Below are positions 9,736 to 20,793 of a stretch of DNA of 64,000 nt, one piece after another. Position numbers and translations under genes: made by a program. The stretch is from Myxococcota bacterium (GTDB lineage Bacteria; Myxococcota_A; UBA9160; UBA4427). The stretch spans positions 5,376,001 to 5,440,000 of the forward strand of contig OZ252299.1 of the NCBI GenBank assembly GCA_965250285.1. Direction: 5' to 3'. The notes under the pieces were generated by a model. The model was not told where the DNA came from and made no database searches. It saw only the letters and a list, made by a program, of their open reading frames with translations. The number at the start of each line of letters is the position of its first letter. Position 1 is the first letter of the stretch.

Positions 9736-11214
9736 GTGGCGGACGAGCGCAAGTTCTTCGAACGACTCCGCGAGGTCGTGCAGGATCGCATCGACGATGC
9801 CGAGCGCCTCGGGCTCCAGAAGCTCGAAGAGATCGAGCGCCAGGGTCGGCGCGAGGTCGAGCGCGCGGTCGAACGACACGAGCGCCGCCTCGAGAAGCTC
9901 GACAAGGAGTCGGCCAAGCATCGCAAGCGCTCCGACCGACGCCGTCGCAAGCGTCGAGGCCGGCGCGACGAGGCGGACGCGTGGACGACCGAGCCCGCGC
10001 CGCCGATGCCCCCCACACCGCCGACGCCGCCTTCCGGCGCTACGCCCCCCATGCCTCCGCTGCCGCCCGAGCCCCCGCGCTCGGACGATCGCCGCCGCGG
10101 TCGAAGGTCGCGGCGCCGCCACTCGGGCCACCGCTCGCACTCGACCAGCCGGTCTCAATCGACGTCCACCCCGCACTCGAGCGGCCGCTCGCGATCACGA
10201 CGCCGCTCGACGCCGGCCGCTGCGTCGCCGCCGACGCTCGAAGAGAAGGCCTATCGGCGCGCGCGCAACCGCGCGAATGCGAAGCTCGCGTTCTACACCC
10301 ACGCGGCGATCTACGTCGGCATCTTGATGATGCTGGCCGTCGTCGTGCGATCGCCGCGGGCGATGCTGATCATCGCGATGTCGTGGGGCGTCGGTCTGCT
10401 GGCGCAGTACATCGTGTCGATCGCCGGTCCGAGGCTGCGCGAGCAGTGGATCGAGAAGGAGGTGCACGAGCGCGCGCCGCAGAACGTGACTCAGGAGCGC
10501 GAGCGCACCGAAGGCCGCCACACCCAGAACCTCGAAGATCTGTCGGCGTCGATCGCCCACGAGATTCGCAACCCCATCGCGGCGGCCAAGAGCCTCGTCC
10601 AGCAGATGGACGAAGACCCGACGGCGGCCGACAACATCGAGTTCGCGAGCGTCGCGCTGCAGGAGCTCGACCGCGTCGAACGGTCGATCTCGCATCTGCT
10701 GCGCTACGCCCGTGAAGAAGATCTGCGATTCGATTCGATGGAGATGGCCGACGTCGTCGCATCGGCGGTCGAGACGTTCCGCGACCGCTTCGAGCGTCGC
10801 GCCATCGACGTGCAGGTGCAGGTCGACACCCGCGGCGCGATGCGCGGCGACGCCGAGAAGCTGCGCCGCGTGGTCATCAACCTGATCGGCAACGCGATCG
10901 ATGCGTTCGACGAGGCGGCGACGCCGGGCCCCGTGCTCCTGATCATGAGCGGCGAGAATCTCGCCGGCGACGAGGTCTGGGTGCGCGTGCGCGACAATGG
11001 CCCGGGCATCGACGACGCCACCCGCAGCAAGATCTGGAGCCCCTTCTACACCACGAAGGCCTCGGGCACCGGCCTCGGGCTCGCGCTCTCGCGCAAGATC
11101 GTCGACGCCCACGGCGGTTCGATGGAGCTCGCCAGCACGCCCGGCGAAGGAACCGAGTTCGTCCTCACCTTCCCCAAGAACGCGACGCCCCCGGAGCGAA
11201 GCCATGCGATCTGA
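9736..11214 (+). CDS. Sensor histidine kinase with N-terminal coiled-coil/low-complexity region and 2TM domain
   Basis: GTG start after AGGAGG; 2TM-like AYRRAR..FYTHAAIY..WGVGL; H-box AHEIRNP, N-box NLIGNA, DNGPG, GTGLGL. Confidence 0.9.
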   Translation: MADERKFFERLREVVQDRIDDAERLGLQKLEEIERQGRREVERAVERHERRLEKLDKESAKHRKRSDRRRRKRRGRRDEADAWTTEPAPPMPPTPPTPPSGATPPMPPLPPEPPRSDDRRRGRRSRRRHSGHRSHSTSRSQSTSTPHSSGRSRSRRRSTPAAASPPTLEEKAYRRARNRANAKLAFYTHAAIYVGILMMLAVVVRSPRAMLIIAMSWGVGLLAQYIVSIAGPRLREQWIEKEVHERAPQNVTQERERTEGRHTQNLEDLSASIAHEIRNPIAAAKSLVQQMDEDPTAADNIEFASVALQELDRVERSISHLLRYAREEDLRFDSMEMADVVASAVETFRDRFERRAIDVQVQVDTRGAMRGDAEKLRRVVINLIGNAIDAFDEAATPGPVLLIMSGENLAGDEVWVRVRDNGPGIDDATRSKIWSPFYTTKASGTGLGLALSRKIVDAHGGSMELASTPGEGTEFVLTFPKNATPPERSHAI

Positions 11215-11284
11215 CATGATGACGCGCGGATGTCTCGGCCCGTTCGGCGTCCATGCGCCCCCCACCCCGTTGGAGGAACCGGCG

Positions 11285-12375
11285 ATGAAGCATCGAGGTT
11301 CACGACCGCGCGACGGACGCCGCAGGCAGAAGCGCACCCGTGATGACGAGCGCCCCGGCGACCCCGGCGACGCCCGCGATACCGAGCTGCTCCATGATCT
11401 CGATGCGTCGCTGCTGACCGAAGAAGAGCGGGCGCTCGTCGAGGCGCGCGCGGCGGCCGAAGAGAAGGTGTCGCTGTACCGCGATGTGGCGCGCTTCGCG
11501 ATCGTCGTGGTGCCGCTGCTGATCTTTCTCTTTCCCGTCGGCGTGATCGTCAGCTTCTTCTGGGGCATCGGCCTCGCGCGTCAGGCCTATCGTGTCTTCT
11601 ACGAGCCGCAGCTGCGCGAACGTCTCATCGGCGACGAGGTGCGCAAGCGCGTCAAGACGAGCGTGACCGAAGAGCGTCAGCAGCTCGAAGGTGAGCATGC
11701 GCGCTCACTCGAAAAACTCTCGGCTTCGATCGCGCACGAGATTCGCAACCCGATCACGGCGGCGAAGAGCCTGGTGCAGCAGATGGGCGAGGAGCCGACC
11801 GCCCAGGACAACGTCGAGTACGCGCGGGTGGCGCTGCAAGAGCTGGGTCGCGTCGAGCGGTCGATCTCGCACCTGCTGCGATACGCCCGCGAAGAAGAGA
11901 TGCGCCCGAGCCCGATCCACATGGCCGACGTGCTCGAGAGCGCTCTCGAGACGTTCCGCGAGCGCGCGAGCCGCGAGGGCATCGAGGTCGTGCGGCAGTT
12001 CGACAGCGCGGGCGCGATGCGCGGCGACGCCGAGCAGCTCCGTCGGGTCGTCATCAATCTCGTGGGCAACGCCATCGACGCCGTCGCGGCGAGCGACAAC
12101 GAGAAGCCGCGCATCCTCGTGGCCATGGGCGAGAATCTCGCGGGCACCGAGGTGTGGGTGCGCATCGAAGACAACGGCCCGGGCATGGACGACGAGCAGC
12201 GCGACCGCGTCTTCAACCCGTTCGTCACGTCGAAGGAGCACGGCACCGGCCTCGGTCTGGCGATCGTCAAGCGCATCGTCGAGGCGCACGCCGGTGAGAT
12301 CGAGCTGACGTCGAGAATGGGAGAAGGCACCGAGTTCGTTCTCTCGTTCCCGAAGAGCAGCGAAGGGAGGCTGTC

Positions 12376-12379
<4 letters not shown>
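11285..12379 (+). CDS. Second paralogous 2TM histidine kinase
   Basis: ATG after GGAGG; TM hairpin ending WGIGL; AHEIRNP, NLVGNA, DNGPG, GTGLGL. Confidence 0.9.
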
Positions 12380-13788
<1,409 letters not shown>

Positions 13789-13844
13789 ATCAACCCAGCG
13801 CCCACCCTAGACCCGAACGACCCGAACGAAAGAGGAGAGACCTC

Positions 13845-14594
13845 ATGAGCATGAATCGAACGCCGGGCATGTTCGCCCGACTGCGAAGCCTGGTGCGCGG
13901 GGTCTTCCGCGGCTGGGTGAAGGACCGCGAGATGGAGAGCCCCGAGGTGGTGTACGAGCAGGCCATCGCCGAGCGTGTCCGCCAGTACCGCGAGCTGAAG
14001 GAGGCCGTCGCTGGCATCCTCTACATGCGCAACAAGCTCGAGAGCGAGATCGGCGATCGACGCGCCGAGATCGCGCGACTGCACGACGACGTGCGACGCT
14101 GCGTGCGACAGGGGCGCGACGAGATGTCGCTGACGCTGATCGCCCAGAAGCAGCAGCTCTTCGAAGAGCTCGAGCGCGCCGAGACCGAGCTCGAAGACGT
14201 GCGCGTGCAGGCCGAAGAGGCGAAGAACAACCTCGTGCGCTTCCGCGAAGAGATCCGCTCGCTGGTGCGTGAGAAGGGCCGCATGCTGGCGAAGCTGGCA
14301 AACGCCCAGGCGCGCCGCCGGCTGCAGGTCGCCATCGAGGGTCTCTCGGTCGACGCCGAGATGGACGCGCTCGAGAGCGTGCGCGAGCAGATCCAGCGCG
14401 TGTCGATGGAGGGCAGCCTCGCCGCCGAGATCGGCGAAGACGGCGATGCGTTCCGCGACCGCCTGCGCGAGTTCCGCAACGAGGCGCGCCGCGAGTCGGC
14501 CAAGGCCGAGCTCGATCAGCTGAAGCGCGAGGTCGAGTCGCACACGCTGCCGCCCGAGTCGGTGAGCCACGTCGAGGTCGCGACCGCGGGCTGA
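13845..14594 (+). CDS. pspA: PspA/IM30 (Vipp1, bacterial ESCRT-III-like) family protein
   Basis: N-terminal amphipathic GMFARLRSLVRG, ESPEVVYEQAI, long coiled coil, AELDQLK C-terminus; 249 aa. Confidence 0.88.
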   Translation: MSMNRTPGMFARLRSLVRGVFRGWVKDREMESPEVVYEQAIAERVRQYRELKEAVAGILYMRNKLESEIGDRRAEIARLHDDVRRCVRQGRDEMSLTLIAQKQQLFEELERAETELEDVRVQAEEAKNNLVRFREEIRSLVREKGRMLAKLANAQARRRLQVAIEGLSVDAEMDALESVREQIQRVSMEGSLAAEIGEDGDAFRDRLREFRNEARRESAKAELDQLKREVESHTLPPESVSHVEVATAG

Positions 14595-14622
14595 GCCTGC
14601 CGCGCGTGTCCAAGGTGAGTCG

Positions 14623-14653
14623 AGACGCCCGGTCCCGCGTGGGCCGGGCGTCT
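14623..14653. terminator. Hairpin terminator between convergent pspA and CoA-transferase genes
   Basis: AGACGCCCGGTCC / GGGCCGGGCGTCT 13-bp stem (one G-U) followed by TCGTGTT. Confidence 0.7.
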
Positions 14654-14672
14654 TCGTGTTCGGACAGCGCTC

Positions 14673-15857
14673 TCAGCCGCGCAGCTTGGCGATCTCGTCT
14701 TCGGTGAACCCGGCCTCTTCGAGCACCTCGGCGCTGTCGGCGCCCAGCCGCGGGGGCCCGCGCCGCACGCTCGTCGGTGTGTCGCTGAACCGGGGGGCGC
14801 TGCCGAAGAGCGTCATCGTGCCGGCTTCGGCGTCATCGAGCTCGAAGACGATCTCGTTCTGTCGGACCTGAGGATCGGCCATGAACGCCTTGACGTCGTT
14901 GACCGCCCCGAGCGGCGCGCCGTACTGATGGGCTCGCTCGACCAGCACCGCCGTCGGGAAGCCGGCGATGGTGTCGGCGAGCATCTCGAAGAGCTCGGGG
15001 GCGTGGGCGATGCGGCCCGCGATGCCGGCGTAGCGATCGTCTTCGAGCAGATCCTCGCGTTCGAGCACCTTGCACATCGCCTCGAACTGGCGGTCTTCGA
15101 TCACGAGTAGCGCGACGTGGCCATCGGCCGTCTTCCAAGGCCGATAGACGAGCTCCATGCCGGGCGGGATCGTGCCCTCGCCGTAGGTGTGCGGCGCGAA
15201 CGCGTCGCCGTGCACGAAGCTGGCGAAGGTGTCGATCATCGGGACGTCGATGCGCTGGCCCCGGCCGCCGTTCTTCTCTCGGGCGTAGAGCGCCGCCATC
15301 ACCGAGTAGGCCGCGGTGAGGCCGCTCGTCTTGTCGGCCACGAGGTTCGAGATCAACTTCGGCTCGGCGTCATCGCCGAGGATCTTCGCGAAGCCCGACA
15401 GGGCCTGGATCACCATGTCGTAGGCGGGCTGGTCCTTGTAGGGGCCGTCGGGGCCGAAGCCGCTGATGGCGACCCACACGAGCCCCGGGTTCGACGCGCG
15501 GCAGGTTTCGAACCCGACGCCGAGCCGATCGGCCACGCCGGCGCGGTAGTTCTCGACCACGACGTCGGCGTCGGCGGCGAGCTTGAGGAACGCGTCGCGT
15601 CCGGCTTCTTGCTTGAGGTCGAGGGTGACACTGCGCTTGTTGCGATTGTACTGGGCGAAGACGCCGGCCATCGCCGGCGGCCCTTCGGTGCCGAGGTAGC
15701 GCGCGGTGTCCCCCATCGGCGGCTCGACCTTGACGACGTCGGCGCCGAAATCGCCGAGGATCTGTCCGCAGAGCGGCCCCGACACGATGGTCGAGATGTC
15801 GAGCACGCGTACACCGGCGAGCGGACCGCTCGCCTCCCCACCGAGATCGATCTTCAT
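14673..15857 (-). CDS. CaiB/BaiF class III CoA-transferase
   Basis: PLAGVRVLD, GADVVKVEPP, NRNKRSVTLDLK, PAYDMVIQALSG. Confidence 0.92.
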   Translation of the reverse strand: MKIDLGGEASGPLAGVRVLDISTIVSGPLCGQILGDFGADVVKVEPPMGDTARYLGTEGPPAMAGVFAQYNRNKRSVTLDLKQEAGRDAFLKLAADADVVVENYRAGVADRLGVGFETCRASNPGLVWVAISGFGPDGPYKDQPAYDMVIQALSGFAKILGDDAEPKLISNLVADKTSGLTAAYSVMAALYAREKNGGRGQRIDVPMIDTFASFVHGDAFAPHTYGEGTIPPGMELVYRPWKTADGHVALLVIEDRQFEAMCKVLEREDLLEDDRYAGIAGRIAHAPELFEMLADTIAGFPTAVLVERAHQYGAPLGAVNDVKAFMADPQVRQNEIVFELDDAEAGTMTLFGSAPRFSDTPTSVRRGPPRLGADSAEVLEEAGFTEDEIAKLRG

Positions 15858-16013
15858 GTGTCTGGCCCCTGCGCCCGCCGACCCCTCCCCGCCCCGGGCG
15901 CGAGCATCGCACGGTTGGCGCCCGGCCGACCAGTGGGGCCGATCCGCTTGCCCGATGGCGCCCGATGGCGCCGCTGCGCAACCGACGGGCCCGTCTGCAT
16001 GGGCGGCGCTGCG

Positions 16014-16550
16014 TCAGCCCGCCGCGCTGGTCAGGTCGATGCGGTGGAACAGGCTGACCAGCCAGACCACCCCGAGCAGGTAGATCAGCGACTCCTTTCG
16101 CAGCCACGCGACGGCGAGCACGATCGCCAGCGCGGGCAGGCGAAAGAGAAACTCGCCGTCGTCGGCCCGGTACTGCGGCAGGAGATGGAGCGCGATGAAC
16201 CCACCCATCAGCGCGAAGCTGAGGCGCATGCGCTCGGCGAACTCTTCCCGGTCGACCAGACCGTCGCCGCTCTCGTCCTTCAGCAGCGCGTTGACCGAGA
16301 GCAGCAGCAAGAAGGGCGCGAAGAGGATCGCCAGATATCTCAAGTACGTCGAGTCGGCTTCGCCGCGAAACACGTCGAGAAAGCTGAAGATGTTCCAGAT
16401 GGCGATCTCGGTGAAGACGACGATCGTCACGATGTAGGGGCCGTGCCAGTTGCCGAGGTCGAAGAATCGCTTCCACTCGGCGAGCAGTCGCGAGAGCACG
16501 ATGCCGTAGATCAGCAGGGGGATGAAGAGCAGGTATTCCTCGGCGCTCAT
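16014..16550 (-). CDS. Hypothetical integral membrane protein
   Basis: ATG 16550, 5-6 hydrophobic segments, typical codon usage. Confidence 0.7.
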   Translation of the reverse strand: MSAEEYLLFIPLLIYGIVLSRLLAEWKRFFDLGNWHGPYIVTIVVFTEIAIWNIFSFLDVFRGEADSTYLRYLAILFAPFLLLLSVNALLKDESGDGLVDREEFAERMRLSFALMGGFIALHLLPQYRADDGEFLFRLPALAIVLAVAWLRKESLIYLLGVVWLVSLFHRIDLTSAAG

Positions 16551-16634
16551 GGGGGCAGAGACTAACCCGGAGCCGGCCGGGTCGGGCGGATCGACTTCGG
16601 CTGAGGCAATCTGCGGGGGCGGAGGGGGCGTCGC

Positions 16635-17459
16635 TTGATCTCGATCGATGCTGCAATCACGAAAGCCATCCGGTCGCGCGTCGTCTCGGTCTCGGCCCTC
16701 GTCGTCTGGGTCGCCGCGCTGTGGACGGCCGAGGCCGGGCTCGCCACCGCGACGGAGAGCGAGGCGCCTGCGGTGGAGAGCGAGACCGTCGCGACGAGCG
16801 AGCGCGAGATGGTGGTGCTGCTCCACGGCCTCGGTCGCTCGAGCTATTCGATGAAGGCGCTCGCTGCGAAGCTCGAGGCGGCCGGCTTCGAGACCGCCAA
16901 CCTCGACTATCCATCGACCCGACTCGAAGCGGGGCAGCTCGGCGGCATGCTGGGCAAGCGGCTCGATGCCTGCTGTCGTGAAGCGCCGCGGCTTCACTTC
17001 GTGACGCACTCGCTCGGCGGCATCGTCGTCCGCGCCCACCTCGCCGAGCACCGCCCGGCGAACCTCGGTCGTGTGGTGATGCTGGCGCCGCCCAATCACG
17101 GCACCGAGCTCGCCGACTTCTTCTCCGACGTCGCGGTGTTTCGCTGGATCCTGGGGCCGACGGCCGTCGAGCTCGGCACCGATCCCGCGAGCTTCCCCAA
17201 CCGACTGCCCGAGGCCGACTTTCCCCTCGGCATCATCGCCGGCACCGGCGTGGTCAACCCGGTCGGCGCCGAGATGATCCCCGGTGAAGACGACGGCACG
17301 GTCAGCGTCGAGAGCGCCCGACTCGAGGGCATGACCGACTTCCTCGAAGTCGACGCCTCGCACTCGTTCATCATGTACTCGGACGAGGTCGCGCAGCAGG
17401 TGATCACGTTCCTCGAAGAGGGCCGCTTCGAGCGCGCGCCCGCGGAGGTGCAGCCGTGA
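16635..17459 (+). CDS. Exported alpha/beta hydrolase (lipase/esterase-like)
   Basis: VLLHGLGR, nucleophile THSLGG, PPNHG, DDGTV, HSF; start uncertain. Confidence 0.85.
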   Translation: MISIDAAITKAIRSRVVSVSALVVWVAALWTAEAGLATATESEAPAVESETVATSEREMVVLLHGLGRSSYSMKALAAKLEAAGFETANLDYPSTRLEAGQLGGMLGKRLDACCREAPRLHFVTHSLGGIVVRAHLAEHRPANLGRVVMLAPPNHGTELADFFSDVAVFRWILGPTAVELGTDPASFPNRLPEADFPLGIIAGTGVVNPVGAEMIPGEDDGTVSVESARLEGMTDFLEVDASHSFIMYSDEVAQQVITFLEEGRFERAPAEVQP

Positions 17460-17902
17460 ACGAGATGCCGAACCCGGTCGTGCCGCGCATCGTCTGGGCT
17501 TCGCTGGTGGCGACCCAGGTGATGCTGATCGCGATCCCGGGCTCCGAGGCGCCGACGGGGGCACCCCCCGTCCTGATGACGGCGCTCGCGGCCGTCGCCG
17601 TGCTCGAAGGCGTGGCGGCGTTCCTGGCGTTTCGAATGGCCGTGATCGGTCGCATCCGCAGCGGCGCGCTCGACGTCTCGACGCCCGAGGCCGCCGCGCG
17701 TGCGAACGCCGCGCTCATCGTCTGTTGGTCGCTCGCCGCATCGGTGGGGATCTACGGCTTCGTGCTGCGCGTGCTCGGCGCATCGTACGGCGACACGCTC
17801 GCCTTCGTCATCGGCGGCTTCGCGCTGATGGGCCTGATGCACCCGTGGCACGCCGAGCTGACGCCCCGGCCGGGCGGCGGGTGCCCGACGCCGATCGAGT
17901 GA
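17456..17902 (+). CDS. Hypothetical 4-TM membrane protein
   Basis: GTGA overlap with hydrolase stop; four hydrophobic segments. Confidence 0.65.
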   Translation: MNEMPNPVVPRIVWASLVATQVMLIAIPGSEAPTGAPPVLMTALAAVAVLEGVAAFLAFRMAVIGRIRSGALDVSTPEAAARANAALIVCWSLAASVGIYGFVLRVLGASYGDTLAFVIGGFALMGLMHPWHAELTPRPGGGCPTPIE

Positions 17903-17920
17903 CGCCGAGGCGCTGCGTTC

Positions 17921-18733
17921 TCAGTGCCCGCTGTAGTTCGGCTTTCGCTTCTGCAGGAACGCCATCATGCCCTCCATGACGTCCTTCGACTGGGCGCAGA
18001 GGATCTGGTTGCGATCCTCCATGGCGATTGCGGCTTCGAGGGAGCCCGCGTCGAGGCTCATGTTGAGCCCCTCCTTGGTGAGCCGCAGACCGAGGGGCGA
18101 GGTCGCGAGCATGTCCTCGGCCAGGGCGCGTGCTTCGGCTTCGAGGTCTTCGTCTGCGACGACGGCCGAGACGAGCCCGGTGGCGAGCGCGCGGTCGGCT
18201 TCGATGAAGCGGCCCGTCAGCATCAGCTCGTACGCGACCGACGCACCGACGATGCGCGGCAGGAAGTAGCTGACGCCGACGTCGCAGGCCGAGAGCCCGA
18301 TGCGGATGAACGCGGCGTTCATGCGCGCGCTCTGGCCGGCGAGCCGGACGTCGCTCGCGAGCGCCAGCGCGAAGCCGCCCCCCGACGCCGCGCCGTGCAC
18401 GCACGCGATGATCGGCTGCGGTGCGTAGCGCATCATGAGCGCGAGCTCGCTGATGTGGCGCTGCCCGCGCAGCCCCGCGGCCGGGCCCGTGCCGATGGCC
18501 TCGGTGCCCTCGCGGCTCGACGACTCCTTCAGGTCGAGCCCGGCGCAGAACGCCCGCCCGGCGCCGCGCAGCACGACGACGCGGATCTCCTGCTGTCGCT
18601 GCGGCAAGCCACCGAAGAAGTCGCGCAGCTCGTCGACGAGCTTGCGGCTCATCGCGTTGAGCGAGTCGGGGCGGTTGAGGGTCAGCCAGGCGACCTGGTC
18701 TTCGATCTTCAGCTCGAGCGTCTCGTACGACAA
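17921..18733 (-). CDS. Enoyl-CoA hydratase/isomerase family
   Basis: LTLNRPDSLNA, AFCAGLDL, GGGFALALASD; TTG start after GGAG. Confidence 0.92.
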   Translation of the reverse strand: MSYETLELKIEDQVAWLTLNRPDSLNAMSRKLVDELRDFFGGLPQRQQEIRVVVLRGAGRAFCAGLDLKESSSREGTEAIGTGPAAGLRGQRHISELALMMRYAPQPIIACVHGAASGGGFALALASDVRLAGQSARMNAAFIRIGLSACDVGVSYFLPRIVGASVAYELMLTGRFIEADRALATGLVSAVVADEDLEAEARALAEDMLATSPLGLRLTKEGLNMSLDAGSLEAAIAMEDRNQILCAQSKDVMEGMMAFLQKRKPNYSGH

Positions 18734-18801
18734 AGGGGTTCTCCGTTTCGGTCGGGTGTTCGCAGGGTCGGGCGGGCCTGTGCGAGCCGGGGCTCGCCGC
18801 G

Positions 18802-19404
18802 TCAGTCCGGCGGCGTGACGCGCGCGACGCCGATCATCGACTCGCGGGTCACGATGGCGGCGAGCTGCTCTTCGCTCCAGCCCTCGGTGCCTTCGGGCCG
18901 CAGCGGCAGCACGATGAACCGGGTCTCGGCCGTCGTGTCCCAGACGCGCACGGCCGTCTCGGCTTCGATCTCGAGCCCCATCTCGCGCAGCACGCGACGC
19001 GGCGCCTTGGCAACCCGGGCCCGATAGGCGGGGCTCTTGTACCAGTCGGGCGGTAGACCGAGCACCGGCCAGGCCGTGCACGAGCACTGGGTGCAGACGA
19101 TCACGTGGTGCAGCGCCGGGGTCGCCTCGAGCGCGACGATGTACTCGCCCTGGGCGCCCTCGAAGCCGAGCTCGGCGCACGCAGCGGTGCCGTCTTCGAG
19201 CAGGCGCTTGCGGTAGGCCGGGTCGGTCCAGGCGCGGGCGACGACCTTCGCCCCGTTTCGCCAGTGGATGCGCTCGGTGTAGGCGTCGTCGACCATCGCG
19301 AGGCCGGCCTCGTCGACGAGCCCTTGGTCGCTCAGGGCGTCGGCGAGGGCCTGGGCGCGGGCTTCGACCGGGGCGGCGGTCTGTTCGTCGTGCGGATCGC
19401 TCAC
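18802..19404 (-). CDS. nthA: Nitrile hydratase alpha subunit
   Basis: NGAKVVARAWTDP, VCTQCSCTAWPVLGLPPDWYK, YRAR, VWDTTAETRFIVLP; GTG start overlaps beta stop. Confidence 0.93.
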   Translation of the reverse strand: MSDPHDEQTAAPVEARAQALADALSDQGLVDEAGLAMVDDAYTERIHWRNGAKVVARAWTDPAYRKRLLEDGTAACAELGFEGAQGEYIVALEATPALHHVIVCTQCSCTAWPVLGLPPDWYKSPAYRARVAKAPRRVLREMGLEIEAETAVRVWDTTAETRFIVLPLRPEGTEGWSEEQLAAIVTRESMIGVARVTPPD

Positions 19405-20033
19405 GCGGCGGGCTCCAGATAGGTCTGCCAGAGATCGACGACGACTGCGTCGTCGGCCTCCGCGGCGTCGCCCCAAAGGTCAGCGGCCTGAAACGCCACG
19501 TGATAGGTGGGCTCGCTGCGCGGTGAGAGGCCGTGGGCCGCGTGGTCGGGAAACGAGAACGCCGGCGCGACGTGCACGACCTCACCGACGTGACCGCGGC
19601 AGTAGCGCGGCACCCGCGTATGTCCGGCCGGATGGATCTCGCGCACCCGCACGCGATCGCCCACGCCGAAGCGCGGCGCGGCTGGCTCGGCGCGGCCGTC
19701 GTCTTCGACGCGCGCCGCGGCGCGCGCGAGCGGGAATCGGCCGCCGGCGCGGCGCTCGAGGTCGGCGAGATCGACCGTGCCCTTCTCGACCAGCAGACTC
19801 GCTGCGCCGGTCAGCACCCGTTCGTAGTACGAGGCGGCGAGATAGTGGGCCGGAGTCATGCGTTCGATCGCATGCCGGTACTCGTCGGCGTTGTGATGGC
19901 CGTGCACCGAGATCATCAGCCCGTTGACCGCGAACGCGACGCTCTCCCAGGGCTCGTGAAAGACGGGTTCGTCCCGCTCGACTTCGACGGCGCCGAAGCC
20001 GTCCATGCCGCCCATGTCGTGGATGCCGTCCAC
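19401..20033 (-). CDS. nthB: Nitrile hydratase beta subunit
   Basis: DGIHDMGG, RHAIERM, YYER, GHTRVPRYCRG, DLWQTYLEPAA; GTG start. Confidence 0.93.
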   Translation of the reverse strand: MDGIHDMGGMDGFGAVEVERDEPVFHEPWESVAFAVNGLMISVHGHHNADEYRHAIERMTPAHYLAASYYERVLTGAASLLVEKGTVDLADLERRAGGRFPLARAAARVEDDGRAEPAAPRFGVGDRVRVREIHPAGHTRVPRYCRGHVGEVVHVAPAFSFPDHAAHGLSPRSEPTYHVAFQAADLWGDAAEADDAVVVDLWQTYLEPAA

Positions 20034-20402
20034 CGCCGTCGCGCCCCTCTGGTCGGCCGGCGGCTCGCGCGCCGCCGGGAGATCGAGGTTTCCGCGTCCT
20101 GGGGCCGGCGGCAACGCGTCGAGGGGCGGTCTGCATCCCGCGATGGATGGTGCCCCGCAGGGCAAGCGGCTTGCTGCCGGCGCGCTGCCTTGACCCAAAC
20201 CCGCGCCAAAGCTAACTATCTGCGCTCCCGAGCACCCGGTGGCGCGGTTCACGGCCCCGTCTGGCTCGGTCCCAGACCCAGCGCGAGACCGATTCGCCGC
20301 GTCGTCCGAAGGCCCGCGCCTTTGCCGACCGCGCGCATCCCCCGCGCCAAGCCATCGCGCGCCCCGGCCCGACTCGCCTCGGGCGCGAGCAGGAGAATCG
20401 AC

Positions 20403-20702
20403 ATGGCCCGCCGCTGCAGCCTCACCGGCAAAGACGTTCAGTACGGCCACAACGTCTCGCACTCGATGCGCGCGACCAACCGCCGCTTCGAGCCGAACAT
20501 CCAGAAGGTCACGCTGCGCAGCGAGGTGCTGGGTCGCGCCGTGCCGATGAAGGTGGCCGCCCGCACCCTGCGCACGGTGCAGAAGAAGGGCGGCCTCGAC
20601 GGCTTCCTGCTCGGCACCGCCGACGCGAAGCTCATGCCCGAGGCGTTGCGCCTCAAGCGGCAGATCCAGAAGAAGCTCGGCGGCGTGCCCAAGAGCGCGT
20701 GA
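20403..20702 (+). CDS. rpmB: 50S ribosomal protein L28 (long form, no Zn ribbon)
   Basis: MARRCSLTGK..GHNVSHS..TNRRFEPN, KKGGLD; AGGAG RBS; 99 aa. Confidence 0.95.
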   Translation: MARRCSLTGKDVQYGHNVSHSMRATNRRFEPNIQKVTLRSEVLGRAVPMKVAARTLRTVQKKGGLDGFLLGTADAKLMPEALRLKRQIQKKLGGVPKSA

Positions 20703-20723
20703 GCCGAGCCCGGTTGCATTCGA

Positions 20724-20762
20724 AGAGCCCGCGCCCGCGAACGGCGCGGGCTCTCTTCGTTT
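20724..20762 (+). terminator. Rho-independent terminator after rpmB
   Basis: AGAGCCCGCGCC / GGCGCGGGCTCT 12-bp stem followed by CTTCGTTT. Confidence 0.75.
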
Positions 20763-20793
20763 GGGGACCCGAACGCGCGGGGTGGAGACGGCG

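Noticed and set aside
13789..13844. Separate promoter for pspA
   Set aside because: 56-bp spacer holds only an RBS; no -24/-12 box or terminator, favouring co-transcription
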